A stretch of DNA of 64,000 bases, taken from NCBI GenBank assembly GCA_051362555.1, contig CM120640.1, positions 2,604,001 through 2,668,000 of the forward strand, written 5' to 3'. This document shows, one piece after another, positions 1 to 13,400 of the stretch. The notes under the pieces are model-generated. The model made no database searches. It saw nothing but the letters and a program-made list of their open reading frames with translations, and was not told the origin of the DNA. The position numbers and the translations under genes were made by a program. This DNA comes from Lingula anatina. Taxonomy: Eukaryota > Animalia > Brachiopoda. Each line of letters opens with the position of its first letter. Position 1 is the stretch's first letter.

Positions 1-3000
1 ATGTTTATAAAAAATCACCTTGTACTGCCTAGTGTCAGTGAGTGCCTTTAGCGTCAAGGCGTCGACATAACAGACAATAACTAATTAGCGGGAAGATTTT
101 TACGGGCCTGGGAAGGGTTCAGGGACTCAACTCGTCAATCAGCAATCCTCAGTTGCCTTTTTCTGACGAGATAATGTAAGGCGAAAATTTTGAAGAGTGG
201 CAGATAATAGAAATGCCATCAACTTACTGTATCTCCATCGAACTTTACTTGTCATGAGTCGTTTGTAAATTTATGAAAGCGTCATATCTGAAAGAAATGC
301 CAAGAAATAATTGTAGTTCGCTTGAACCTTCTTCTGTAACTGTCAGCACGACCGGCTTTGATTACTTCTAAAACTGTGTGCTTTAACTGTTTGTGTGACC
401 GTCAGCACGTGGTTTTAATGGACATTCTGTCACCTGAGTCATTCGTATAACATTCCAAAAATTGTTGGTTTTTAGTTTTGATTGCAGCAACGTTCACTTT
501 GTTTTGATTTAAAATCGTTCTATTCGCCTGGGAAATGTCCACATATTATATTGGCCCAGTTTTTCAGAAAGGGGGGGGGGGGGGCAACTGGGGAACTCCC
601 TTTCGATACTCCAACCCCTAGGATAAACATCCTCCAGCAGTATCTTCCGAGGTACTTCAGACATGTAAATGAAGAGAATAGATACGTTTGACATTTGTAC
701 CTACTTTGAAATAACTGTTTACTTTTGAAATATTTCTTTCGTCCTACTTTTAAATACCATCAGTGCGTTTTAAGCACAGCTATTCTAATTTTGTAGCCGA
801 GTCAAGGTAAACATTGTGCATAGAATAGTATTAACATTAAAACTGTTTCATAAAACTGGAGGTAACTGCACAATATAGTTAATTTATAATTCTAATAATG
901 ATGCTTTGAAGAACTTTACCCCAGTTAAGATACGGTTAAAACTGACACAGCACATGAGAGTACTTCAGCGTCATTTTTAATATACGCAATGTTCCATAGG
1001 TAAAGATAATATTATTTAGATATAAAAGGTGTGTCCATCGAAAAATTCCTTACGTAGTTTCTATTTTTTTCTGTGATTAATTTTTTTATTTTACTATTAA
1101 TTTTTCTCAATTAATGGATGTTCATGGGAAGACAATCTTTAAAAAATGTGAAGTTCGCAAATCGTGAAAAAGATTTATTTTGTTAATCCTTTATAATAAG
1201 GAGATAAATAATTTAAGAGACGCAGTCAAACATCTCAAGATTTGGCTATCATTTTCCAGATTTTCAACGCAGGAAGCGAACACCAAATAGATGGATTCAA
1301 ATCCCTGTTGACAGACGTGGAGTCACTTTGAAGACGCAGACGACATTTTGACACAATATAGATGCTACTTCTCTCGTGTGTAAAAATATAGGTGTCAAAC
1401 GACCACACACGTGCGAATCCGATAAACTTTATCCAAGTAGCTTATCTTTGCAAAGAAATTAAAAGCAGATTTGAGACTTTAGAAAAATAAGCTTTTCTGT
1501 GGTAGAGCATTTTAAACAACGCTCGGTCACCAGTCTCTGCTTTTAAGGAGCTCACGCTTTTCCAGGAGCGTTTTACTGAGTATTGTATGGTACAACCGAT
1601 AGCTTGTAAAAGTTTTAAGTAATTGAAAGTTATAATTTGCTTGCTTTTCTGGTTTCACTTTATCTTTCTTTCACTGCATTACACACCTACTGGAGCGATC
1701 GCAATCTTGACTCGGCCATCTTTATTTAAAATCTTACATTTTGCTGCGGGCAATCTGATCTGAACGCAGCTGTGCCGGTGATTTCGCGCTCGATTAGATT
1801 CTCGGTTGATGCCAAAAGTTGCTTTATTTTAAAAATTCTCCCTAAGATTTCATAAATATTTAGGAAAGCTAACGCTCATTCGTGTGGCTATGATTATGTC
1901 TTTATCGACACTCCTCCCACAGCGGGTGGCCTAATGTATCTGTTCACAGACTAGGCAAGTTGAAGATTCCTTTATTACTTTTTTGTTTATAACACAGCGA
2001 ACTGGAGTATCGGGTTAGTGGGGTGACTGATTGGATACATTTTCTTGACGGAGTTGTTTGAATCATGATCAGAAATTGATAATCAAATAGATATAATTTA
2101 AGCCAGATTGATTAAGTGCAGTCCCTATCGAAATAACTTCTTGTAAAGACTTCTATTAAGATGAAATTATTAATTGGGTAACACTAAATAATCAAGAACG
2201 AGTGGCAAGTATTTAGAATCAATTAGTGGTTTAATCATACCATTTGCTATTTTCTGCTTACAATTCAAAATTGATGAGAAAAAGGGGGATGCTTCAACAG
2301 AGCATCTGCAGTTTTCAGTTATTTACCACTTGCGTCCATATAGGTCATACATTGCAACTGATCTGCCAACTCTTCTTTTTTCATAAACTAAACGCCTCAG
2401 TAAAAATCAACCTGTTGATTGTCCTTCATAAATTTTAGGACTAGTGCATTTAACTATAACCGTTTTTAACTTACCTTCGCTTTTCCAGTCTGTCCCCTTT
2501 AAAGTTTGCAACGCATCTATTTGAAGTAACGTTTTCTAAACTTCTAGAGTTGGGAGAAAAGGATCTTCTGCACGTGTTTCAGAGTTAATTTCGTTCTGCA
2601 TCGAGTTGCACAACAGTAACAATGGTAAGCGGTACTGAGTGAATCTCATCGCTCAGAATGACCTTTCACAGTGAAGCCAGGGAGAAAAGTTTGATACAAA
2701 TGGAACGCAGGCTTAGATCTTAAAGGGATAACAACTCTTCATTCTGGCGGGAAAAGTGCCATAAAACGGATTTTTCTGAGAAACGATAATTTTCACATAA
2801 TTTCCAATGGTTGATGAATCATTTTCGACATTCAAGGTTAATTGATTGTTGTTGTTGTTTTTTTTTCTTTTTTTTTGGAAGTGTGATTTTTGTACTAATC
2901 TCTTAAGATAATTATTACGGAGGGTAGCCATCTATGAAGGTCCCATGGCAAGCACAGGTTTCAGAATAATTGCGATAACAGTCGTTTTGGTAAAATGGAA

Positions 3001-3739
3001 TTTATTATATTTCTATGAGTTGTTTACCATTGTGTAATTTTGAATCACATATGAAGAGTTGCTATCCTTTTAAGCAATGAGGTACGGGATGATGTTTAAG
3101 CGAGGGACACATACGATTCCTTTGACGAGAAATATGTAGAATGTGCATAGATTATTATTATTTATAATGTGAGCTTGTGGAATTACAGGAAAATCAACCT
3201 TGTGCTGTCTTTAGCATCTAGTATTTCTATGATATCTCTAAATATCAACATATTAAAGATGGCAACCAAAATCGGGCACTTTGCATATCGCTTCCCACAC
3301 ATAAACTGACGGGAACTCTGCTGGTAAAGGGATTATCACCGAGCTATTTAATCCCAACAGCTTACGAGAGCACTTTGCGCTACATACATGTAATGCCATA
3401 CGCTGTTACCCGGGCTTTATTTCAAGGTGAAACCGAACAGATAGTTTTGCCTCTACCAGGTTTGATAAGGACAGGTGTAGGCCTACAGTGTCTTTGAAGA
3501 CATCTCTATCTCTGTCATTCACACATTTACTTGTATTATAAGTTTTCATCCGCACGACTGAACGTCTTTATTGAAGCGTAAATAATTTCCAATTGTTTAT
3601 CATTTTAATTCGATAAATGAGAATCTCAACTGCTGTAAATAGCTTACAGTATTACTCTCAGATTACATTTCTTTCCTCCTTTTTTCCCTTTTTAATTTTT
3701 GACTGGTGATTTTATTCAGTTACATCAAAGTTCTATATG

Positions 3740-5458
3740 TCAGTCAATGCAATGTCCCTCTTCAATAAACGAGTCTATTCCAGAGTCGGAAGAATAAAAA
3801 TTGAAAGAATTATTATCTTCACATAGCGAAGTAGAAATATTTGTGTGGTAATGATTAAGCAACTCAAGTGACACATCACGTTCGGATCCTAAACTGTTAT
3901 TATCTGAAATCCCGTGATTTTTATGCCTTGAATGACTAGGTGACAAATACTTCATAGTGAAATCCTTCAGGTCTATTTCATCCCCGTCACAATTTAATTC
4001 TAAACCCTCGTTTGGATCACCCCCGAGGTCAGATTGTGTTGAACCTAATATTGTCTCAACTGTCGCATTGTCCCTGCATTGCCTCACACTGGTGGGTGCG
4101 CTGGATTCTACGTGTATCACAGGACTGGGTTCCTGGGCGACATCCGGTGTTCTCGTGTTCCCTGGCAGCTGTTTCTCGAGATTGCGTCTTCGGTGGACGC
4201 TGGCAAGGTCTTTGCAGACTTCCGAAAGTTTGTCACATCTGATTATAAGGTCGATGTCACTGATTGATAATACGTCCTAAAATGGAGTTTCATAGCATAG
4301 CACATATTAATTTCACCAAAATTGTAAACTGTGCTGAAATGTACGTGTACTTGTGTATAATATGTGCAGTATATAAGAACCGTACTTAATTTACTTTATA
4401 TAAAAATCCTTTACCGTTGAATTAGTTTTTTTACAATTATAAAGGATATTCTTGCATTTTATGATAACGACAAAATATTTGCAAATCTTTGTCTCAAATA
4501 TTACAGAAAAGCTATAGTACTTAAACACAAGTTGTGTTGGCTCTACATCTGACAGGGATCCATATTGAAATGATCACATGAAACTGTTTTTATTTTCTTT
4601 ATGCACGGATGGCGAGATTATCAGGATGTGTGTCCTAGTCTCGTGCGACCGCATTCTACAGCAGAATTAAACCACAATAATGTATATAGCTTACTTACCA
4701 ACTGGGACTTTGTCGCGGAATAATCTAGCTCTGCTTTAGTGTCATCCTCCATCTCGACTCTAAAAATATAGATAATTATTCAATATCATAAACTAAACAT
4801 GGGCACTGATCACGGATTAAAGGTGTGATACTCCAAAGTTACGTATCCTACCACTGTCAGATAAAATACGAACAAACGAATAGGAACCTATACCCAGCAA
4901 AAACAACGTTTTATAACGTTAAAATCCTATTATCAGAGCGTTTTTTGGTTATATAAACGTTATGGTAACGTTACAATAATGTTCTACTTCTATGTTTGCT
5001 GGGTAGTACCTTGTTACTGTTTTCTGGGTACTCCAATGAATATTATTCAGACAAAAAAAATCTAGTCCTTCACTAAGTACCTCAACTACTGAGAAACAAT
5101 TCTGGTTTATAACCGTGTCCCAAAGCCCATTAATACTTTAATGCAATCGATACCAGTCTAAAGAGACAAAAGGATTAACTCCATCCCATATCCGCCACTG
5201 CGGTGCATTTAATCATGAGCTCGACATACACGGGAAATGGTGATTGGGATATACATACGAGACATTGCTTATACTCTCATTATACCCAGAATAACAAAAT
5301 TAGATGTGGTTACACTGAGGAGCAGCTGTAATAACCTTGTATTATAATATTCTGCCGTTGCTCTAAACACAAATAAACGCTACTCGTGTCACAGTAGTGT
5401 CGATCTGAACTAAAATGATCTAAAATGCCTGAACAGTACACGAGAGAGAGAGAGAGAC

Positions 5459-5506
<48 letters not shown>

Positions 5507-5545
5507 GAGTCCTTACCTACTTTTTTCACAGGACGCTACGTACAT
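3740..5545 (-). CDS. Uncharacterised ~208 aa (or 196 aa from the second ATG) mostly disordered protein with C-terminal DSGIDS motif
   Basis: Exons 5545-5517 (MYVASCEKS, donor gtaagg, phase 2), 4759-4699 (R-VEMEDDTKAELDYSATKSQL, tttttag/gtaagt) and 4276-3740 (ttttag acceptor, 179 open codons DVLSISDIDLIIRCDKLSEVCK...SSDSGIDSFIEEGHCID*). Phases join in frame. No family recognised. Confidence 0.6.
4893..5003. mobile_element. Tiny MITE with CCCAGCAAA...TTTGCTGGG termini, flanked by TA
   Basis: Inverted termini, TA on both sides, internal repeated AACGTT palindromes. Confidence 0.55.
5442..5502. repeat. (GA)n microsatellite
   Basis: Direct reading. Confidence 0.95.
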
Positions 5546-7777
5546 TGTTTTTAAACACTTTGCCGTATTTAAAAGACCATCGTTTCCTATTTGCCCAACT
5601 CGTCGTATAAAGGCTATCCAAATATTTGCGAAATAAATCTTATATTAATTCCATGATCTGACCCAGTAAGATAAGAATTCGAAGACGCCTGTAACCACGT
5701 AGTTTTGCTTTATACGCTTCCTGTTCACTTCTATGTCTTTTTATCACCAAGGGAACGAGTAAACAAAAAAGGACAGGTGAATCAGAGCGTCCATCTCACG
5801 GCATACGTCAATATCTTTATACCTGTTCATTGAACAGGTAGCTTCAAATATTGCGTGAAGGCAGTGGACTTGTATCGTTTTTCATTAAAGGTATGCGCTT
5901 TGATGGTTCCTAGTGCATTTATGTTACCTGTGTATTGGACAGTAAAGTAACCGATACAGTTTCCCGTGTAAACTGCCGCTTACAGATTTCGTGCATGTTT
6001 AGAAGAATATTGCATACCAGACGGGAAATATGAAACGCTGTCCTTTGGTATTTCACTAAACTCATATATCATTTGAAACTATATAATGGGCGGGTGAGGT
6101 TTTGTGACAAAATTTTGACTTTAGATGCATCCTTAAACTATCCTAATGCAGAGCAGCACGAGGTCACATAGCGGATTAATTTTACCTGTACTTTTATTTA
6201 TTTTCACCTTTTGCGTTACTCTGGAAATTGGACGTCTAAGTAATGCGTATGACGTCATACTACATGTACTTTTAAATCATGCGCACAGTGGTGTTGATAA
6301 ACGAAGAAGTTTATCATTTCATCTCATTTTAACAAGCATTTCCGCCACAAAGCGTCAATGTTCTTTAACCTTAATATATAGATATATTTTAAATAATTAG
6401 GAAAAATCACCAGTGTGTTCAAAACGTATCTTCTCTTCTTCAAATACCGCAAAATAAGGCCTACATTTTTTTCTTGATGACAAATGAATCAAAGACCCTA
6501 TCATGAATATTTCTCTGTGCTATTTCTTTGGAGAAACATACATACATATGAACTAAGGCCCATGAGATAAGAAGGACTGAAACTTCTGAAATATATGGGT
6601 TGATTTTTCGTATAATTCGCTAGTACATGTAAACAATTCGACGATAATTGCATAATCTCGTCAAACATTATAGGCCCATTTCCCAATCATCGACGTTATT
6701 TAAATATCCAATGCAACTTTGCAATTTCCGTTGGTTAATGTTTGGCGTAAATAGAGGGATCTAAAGTAATTTGTTAGATAACCAGTGACCGTGCATCTGA
6801 ATAGGCCTAAAGCCCCCCCCCCCCCCCCCCCTTTCCCCAATTCACGGAATCGAAATAAAAGACCAACAAAAGACTCATTTCGTTTCGTTGTGCTAGCTGG
6901 AAGATGGATATTTAGCACAACTGTAGCAATGAGCCCTGGGATTTGGCCAGATTACCACGCCGCGTTGATACAGTCGGAAAATGATGTTCTTCGATGGGCG
7001 AGAAGACCTACATGTATCTGTAGATTTACACTGGCGATTTACTGTTGTGCTGCAAAAGTGGATGTTTGTAAATAGCATAGGGCCTATGTCAATCGAGTGG
7101 ATAGTTACCTCCTTGAGTGGTGAGATCCAGTTTACTTACTAATAAGCGTTTAACTTTTTTATCGAACACAATCTTCTTAGTTAACATGGGTGTTCGCAAT
7201 GCCGTTTTGACTGCTTTCAAAGATCTTTTTCTCCACTTGTCATAAAGCGTCATGGTGACATATGTTACGTCACTGCATTATGACCTATGAACACAGCTTT
7301 ACTATGGCAAATGTTGAATACAGATATACAGGTCTAGTCTATGATACTTTTGCGTTTGGGTTATTTCATATTTCAAACTTGGAGCAGCTCAGCCTACATT
7401 CACTGCCTTTTAGTTTTATGAATAATAAATCTTGAAGTGTTAGCTTACTGGGGATCGAAGAGTTCTCTGTTTCGTTGCTAAAACATTTAAGAAATAAAAA
7501 GATAAATGAATAAACGAAATCAAAAGAAATTGTGATTGTAGAAAATAAAATTATTCTTTTCTGGAAAAGTGTGTTTACCATGTTATCAAAATCTTATAAC
7601 ATAAGAATCGCTTGAAGGTTTATACATTTGTTTTCAGTTACAATTAAAAATAATAGATCCTTTGTAATAACAGCAACTTGTTTTTCATCCCAATTAAAGT
7701 TACAAGTTTTTTTATAGAATTTATTTCATACCGGTTATCACAAGAAGATGTCAGGAAAAGCATCATAATATCATTAA

Positions 7778-8101
7778 AGGGATAATATCTCTTCGTATGA
7801 GGTCTATATTTCACAATAAAAACATTGTTAATAACTCATAGAAATATAATATAATCTGTTTTACGACAAAAACAACAGTTATAGCTATTATTCTGACATC
7901 TAAGCTTGTCTTCAGACCACGTGACCTCCATTGATGGCTATACTCTTAAGAGATTTTAACAAAAAACCAAACTTTTTAGAAAAAACCAGGGACTAACTTT
8001 GAATATAAAAATGGATTCATTAACCATTGGTAAGTATGGGAAAATTGTTGTTTACTCCAGGAAAATTCATTTTAAGGCCAAAACGAATAGTTATTATCCC
8101 T
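7778..8101. mobile_element. Kolobok-like non-autonomous DNA transposon (TTAA target site)
   Basis: TTAA|AGGGATAATA...TATTATCCCT|TTAA, with imperfect inverted similarity extending ~25 bp. RR...YY termini plus TTAA is the Kolobok pattern. Confidence 0.65.
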
Positions 8102-8639
8102 TTAAGTATTTTAACATAAGTGTGTTATGTGGTGAGTATAAGTGCTCAATGTAAGCTGAATGAAATAGGACGAAATGTCTCAGTCAAAATAAATAAAGCT
8201 GATGAAAATGTGACATTAAATAGCATGCACTTTCACTTCCATTTTGTAAAAAAAAAAAGGTCAAGGAGGAAACCTAGGTGAACCCGCGTTAAGACCTCGC
8301 CCTCGTCCATGCAAAAATAAATAAGCATTTCATCAGAACGGTTTGTTCTCCATCCGTGTGATTTAATGCAGTGAATTGTTGGCATACTTCTAGTCGTTTG
8401 CCAAACAGACAGTATCTGGTTAATAATTTTCATGTTCGACAAAAATTCAGACAAACTCAGATTAAAATGCATATTTAACACTTTTGGACATTAACACATT
8501 TCAGTCGATAAATCGTAACTAAGCCCACTTTCGAAAACTGTCTTATATCTTTCCGGACGGCAGTGTGTACTTACCTTGCTCCTGAAAATTATGTCACTAT
8601 TCTTTTTGTTTTGCAACGGTATTACCTAGCGCCAAGGCG

Positions 8640-8675
8640 ACACGTGTGACGTAGCGTGGCGCTTGTGACGTAAAG
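8640..8675. promoter_or_regulatory. Putative promoter cluster: E-box CACGTG and two CRE-like TGACGT sites
   Basis: CpG-rich patch just upstream, in minus orientation, of a strong minus-strand donor at 8574 (CAAG/gtaagt). A full CRE (ATGACGTCAT) also lies at ~6249. Confidence 0.3.
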
Positions 8676-8961
8676 TGAGTGGTACGAGATATTCTCCTAC
8701 GAGTAATGGATAAATAGATAATTACATAGATTTACATGTAATTTAATTTTTTTAATAATTGCCGTTTTTATCTTCAACATGTTGAAACAAAGTGAAACAT
8801 GTCTTTTTTTAATAAAATAATGTAAATTGTAATATCTGAACTGTAGGCCTATTCAAAACATGACCATAATGCTGTGAGTGTGATGTACAATAGATGTCAG
8901 CAGTAGCGCTGTCTATTGGCGTAGGCGAGCTAATCTAATATTCTTTTTGAATCACACATAA

Positions 8962-9930
8962 GGCCACACTTTTTTATTTTTATGGATGACATCCTCTGGG
9001 TACCCCAAAATCGGTGCGAGAGGGCGAAAAAAAAAAAAACAGTCCAAAAAAAAAAAACTGCTTAAGTAAAGGAATGCTGTCAGTACACAGCTGGAAACAC
9101 AGATTTAACCACAGAAACACGTATCAAACTAACAATATGTCTTTATCCATGCTCTCAAAATATTAAAGCATTGTGAATACTTCGTAGAAATGTAAAAAAA
9201 AGTCATGAATTGATATACTTCATATTACCAAATCTATTTAAGGTTATTTCATGCATTCATTTGATATAGCAATCAATAAAACAAATATCAATCAAACAGT
9301 GCGTCTTTATTTGTATTCTCAGAATATTAAAACATTTTGAACACTTCACAGAAATGTTTAAAAAATGATGCAAAGATATGCTTAATACTATCAAATCTAT
9401 TAAAGGTCATTTCAGACGATGCCATTTTGTCAACTTCAACTCACACGAAGCAGCTAAACTGTCAGGTGGCCTGTCCGTCCTTCAGCCCACCAAATACCTC
9501 TACGCCCTTGTCGACCCTTTTTTCGCTACAGAAAACCTGGTATTAATGTGCTGCTTTATACAGAATGTCACAGAAATGTTTCGGCCGCCTCCAGCCTTTC
9601 GCACAATTGTAAAAAGGTGATATCTCCATGCCCAATATCAATGGCATACCAATCCAAAACGATGGCGCCCGTTCTCTTGATGACTTTTATTGTTGTGTAA
9701 TTTGAAAGTAATCCTAGAGATGAATTTGACAGCAAAGTGGCCGCATTTCCACGTGGCGAAAATACGCATGCGCAGAAAGCTCATTTCCTTGCAAATTCAA
9801 TAACAACGTTTGCGACAACCGACTTCGTTGGGGGCTGGGGGGGGGGGTTTTTTTTTTTTTTTTTTTTGGAGAACGGGCGAAAATCCGTGCGCGCGCAGGA
9901 TGTCATCCATAAAATTAAAAAAGTGTGGCC
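8962..9930. mobile_element. PIF/Harbinger-like non-autonomous element, 969 bp
   Basis: 34-bp near-perfect TIR GGCCACACTTTTTTA(T/A)TTTTATGGATGACATCCT at 8962-8995 and 9897-9930, with 3-bp TSD TAA on both sides. Confidence 0.8.
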
Positions 9931-10356
9931 TAAGTAAAACCATTGTTCACTTCCTCCTTGTATTGTGGGTGGGTGGAAGCTGTAAAATTGTTGCCATGGA
10001 TACTGTCATGTGACACCCCAGATTTCTCCGGAAATTTCCATATCGGACCTTGCAGGTGTGTATGTTGGCGAGGATGCTATTTATATGCGATTCCGCGTGG
10101 AAGAATGTTTATTTATGTTGAAAATTTCCGACAGAGGAACTCGTGTATTTATCATCTATCTAGACTATCCAGGATCAGACTAGATCAGCACAAAGTTGAT
10201 AGTTAACCTCTAAGGACTTAGTCTAAAGGTAAGAAGTATTTCATCTCGTTCATAATTACATTATGTACAGGGTCTCGGTTTCTTTTCTTTTTTTTTATTT
10301 TTTTTTTTTTTTATAGTTTTGTAGTTTGTTTGTTTCAACATAAACTACATTTAGCT

Positions 10357-10359
<3 letters not shown>

Positions 10360-10413
<54 letters not shown>
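10360..10413. repeat. (GT)n microsatellite
   Basis: Direct reading. Confidence 0.95.
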
Positions 10414-10416
<3 letters not shown>

Positions 10417-13400
10417 AACTGATGGACCGGTAGTCCTGTATCTAATTATTTGCCAAACTCGGTTGTTGCAAAAATCTGTTTTTTTATTGATACCTTAAAT
10501 TAAACCCATTGGATTATTGTCAAATCCCAAACTTTGGATAATAAGCAAGTATAGGCATACTTGGTTCTCGGCCGCCAGGTAGCTAGATAGGAAATGTTGT
10601 ATGGAAGCCAAATTCCAGCAAAACAAATAAATTAGTTTCTTGCAGCCTAGCTAGATTGCTCATCTTTCTGCTAAATAATGTGACAGGTACATTTCTCAGG
10701 CTGTTTGTATTACATTGTATTTCTGCTCTCTTAATGCACGGGTAAAGTAGAAGTTCTCAGTTCTAATTTTATTTCCAATTCCATAACATTTACAATGACA
10801 AGTCACGTATGTTTTTGCGTTGAAGGATTTTAGTTCTCGCATAAACGTCGCTCCCGTGGTATACACATTACACGCACTCTCCGCTTACATATCCGAATTC
10901 TGTGTCAAGATATTATGTCAGCCATACATACATTCATGAATGATAAAGGTTTATGAAGGAAGACGGTTCTTTCATCAGGCCAGAACGTTGTAACATATTC
11001 CCGATATTGCATACCTGTAACACGTACAAATTATCGAGGTGGTGAAATGCGGATTAGATATCTACTAATACACTGATGTACCCGGAAAATAGACGCAGAC
11101 AAATTCAAGGAAATGGCCAGACAGCGTAGGAGAGAATATATCGTTCTTAATCTGCGGGGCGACAGAGGGGTGAGAGGGGGCTTCACACGTGGCACAGTGC
11201 CAATAGATTCACTCTAAATAACGCAACTTCTGGCTTCGTCTGAAACGATTTTCACAAACTATTTTAGTTTTGAATTCAAGGATTTCAGAGTAGGTGGTAA
11301 TTTATTGTCTGCTTCCTAAAAAAGTTAAATCGGTTGCCCAAACACATTTTACAGCAGCCTATGGATCTTTAGATTTCATTAGAATTAGACTATTAAATTA
11401 GAGTTAGACATTTTCCGTCTCAAACACAAAATTCAGTCAATTAGAAATGCCTGTCAGGAGCATACGTCACGTATATCGAGGTAATATAAACGCACCCAGA
11501 ACACATATTTCTGTGGCGGCTCAGCATGCACAGCAAAAAGCTCTTCAAAAAATAGGCACCCGCACTGCTGGAAACACAGGCATATTTGCTCCACTTCTGT
11601 GCTCCTCTTACCAGCCCAGCAACGCCAAACTCGTGTACGGTGGTAAAAAATGGGACTTAATGCTTGTACTCTTTCTCTAATGTTTAGTCCTCAAAAGAAA
11701 ATTTATAGATACTTTATACAGCACGAGTAAACCTGTTGAATCTGGACTTTGTTTGAAGGAAAGTTTTGGTTTTATTAGTTTATATATATATCCCAGTAAT
11801 CATTTGATATCTCCCCTCCCTCCATACGCACTTCAGTTTGGGGATTTTGTCGTTTCTTCAGTAAAGCATTTTGGATTCAAACAGCTCTTTGACACTACAA
11901 GATTAAGGAAATATAATTTGTAACTTTGTAAGATTGAGGTTAAGTACAAAAGCATCGTGGCAAGTTTACTTTGAAATGTCATCCATGACTTTTATTAGGC
12001 CTATAGTATCAGGAATAGGTTTTCTTTGAAATTTTCAGCCAGTTGCATATATGCATTGGGGAAACAATAATTTAATTACAAGCATAACATTATCATCCAA
12101 CAGAAATAAAATAATAGCGTGCAACGCCGTGTGTGACTTCTTTGAAAATATTCAAGGTACGGTGGTATTGCAAAGATTTTACATTATATCAATTTACACC
12201 ATAGGTCTAAGTGTATTTATGTGCAATTGAAATGTTTCCTGACGCAAACATTATTAAACCGGAGCATTAAAGCATAGACAGCAGGAAAACCTTGAATTCA
12301 AAACCACTCAAACTCCCAGGTGCTTCTTTGTCTGTTGTGGCAGCTCTGAAGGATTCCTGCAGTTCAACGGGAAGATCACGCGCACAGGATGCTAGCAAAC
12401 ACACCGGGTTGCCTACACAAACGCTAAATTGGCTCGCTGTAATTATCTACTGCTTCCTTCATGTTGTTTGACAGCAGTTTCATCAGTTCTAGGAGCAGTG
12501 CCAGTGTAAAGAATCCTGGTCTGTTTCCTTATCATAAACCTTCAGAAACAACCGTAATTGCTGTAATAGTAAACAAAATACTTCGTTAACATACTGTACA
12601 CGGTTATGTAAACAGATATAAACGTCGTTAAGGGATTCTCTCCGCCAGGGTCAAAGAGACTGCAGAAAGAACCTCTCACCAGATATACTCAGATATCTGT
12701 CGGGCTATTCGTTTGCATATTTCTGTCTACATTTCTGTTGCAAGGATTTTTGCACAAAAATGTCATCACCCGGCTTTATTTTGGTGGAAAGTAGTTGGAG
12801 GATGGGTATCGTTTCGTTCAGGTCTCCCACCTATTTACCGTGCCAAAAGAAGCAACTTTCATCGTTGTAATTGTCTACGGGCCAGAGGAGGCATTCATAA
12901 TCACCTGGGTTTTTTGTAACCCACGACGTGAGTAGATTATGTTTATGATGTATAGCCTCGATCACGTGTCAGTGACGTGGGAGAAATCAACTGTTAACTC
13001 TGCAGAAAGACGTTGCGTCAACAGAAAAGGCCATTGGAGAAATTAGATAATAAGAAAGTCAATGAACTCAGTTTGATTATCAAGGTCAATTAAGCCGACT
13101 ACAAAAAGAAATTCTCATTTTGACGAACCACACATAAAACTCAAAGCCCTTATTTTATTTATATGAATGAAATATATATTAACGATAATCCTTCAAAATA
13201 ATCAAGACTCTTTTTATTGCTGTTCGCTTTTCTAACAACTCCCCATTAAATTGAAGTGGAAATTGTTTTTAAGAAATAAGATTTATAAAATTAAATAGAG
13301 TGAATACAAGAAAAATATTTTTTCGCAAACACAAATGCGACCAATCCCCCATTTCAGTACACCTTCCCATGTCTGTTTAAATTATCTTCTTTCATCTTCG

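Noticed and set aside
2470-2630. Splice-like signals on both strands (minus donor at 2475; plus tttcag...ATG/gtaagc)
   Set aside because: No in-phase coding partner exons found, so a gene cannot be supported.
3957-4280. Plus-strand ORFs overlapping the orphan gene
   Set aside because: The minus frame is longer and has matching splice sites; the plus ORFs are shadows.
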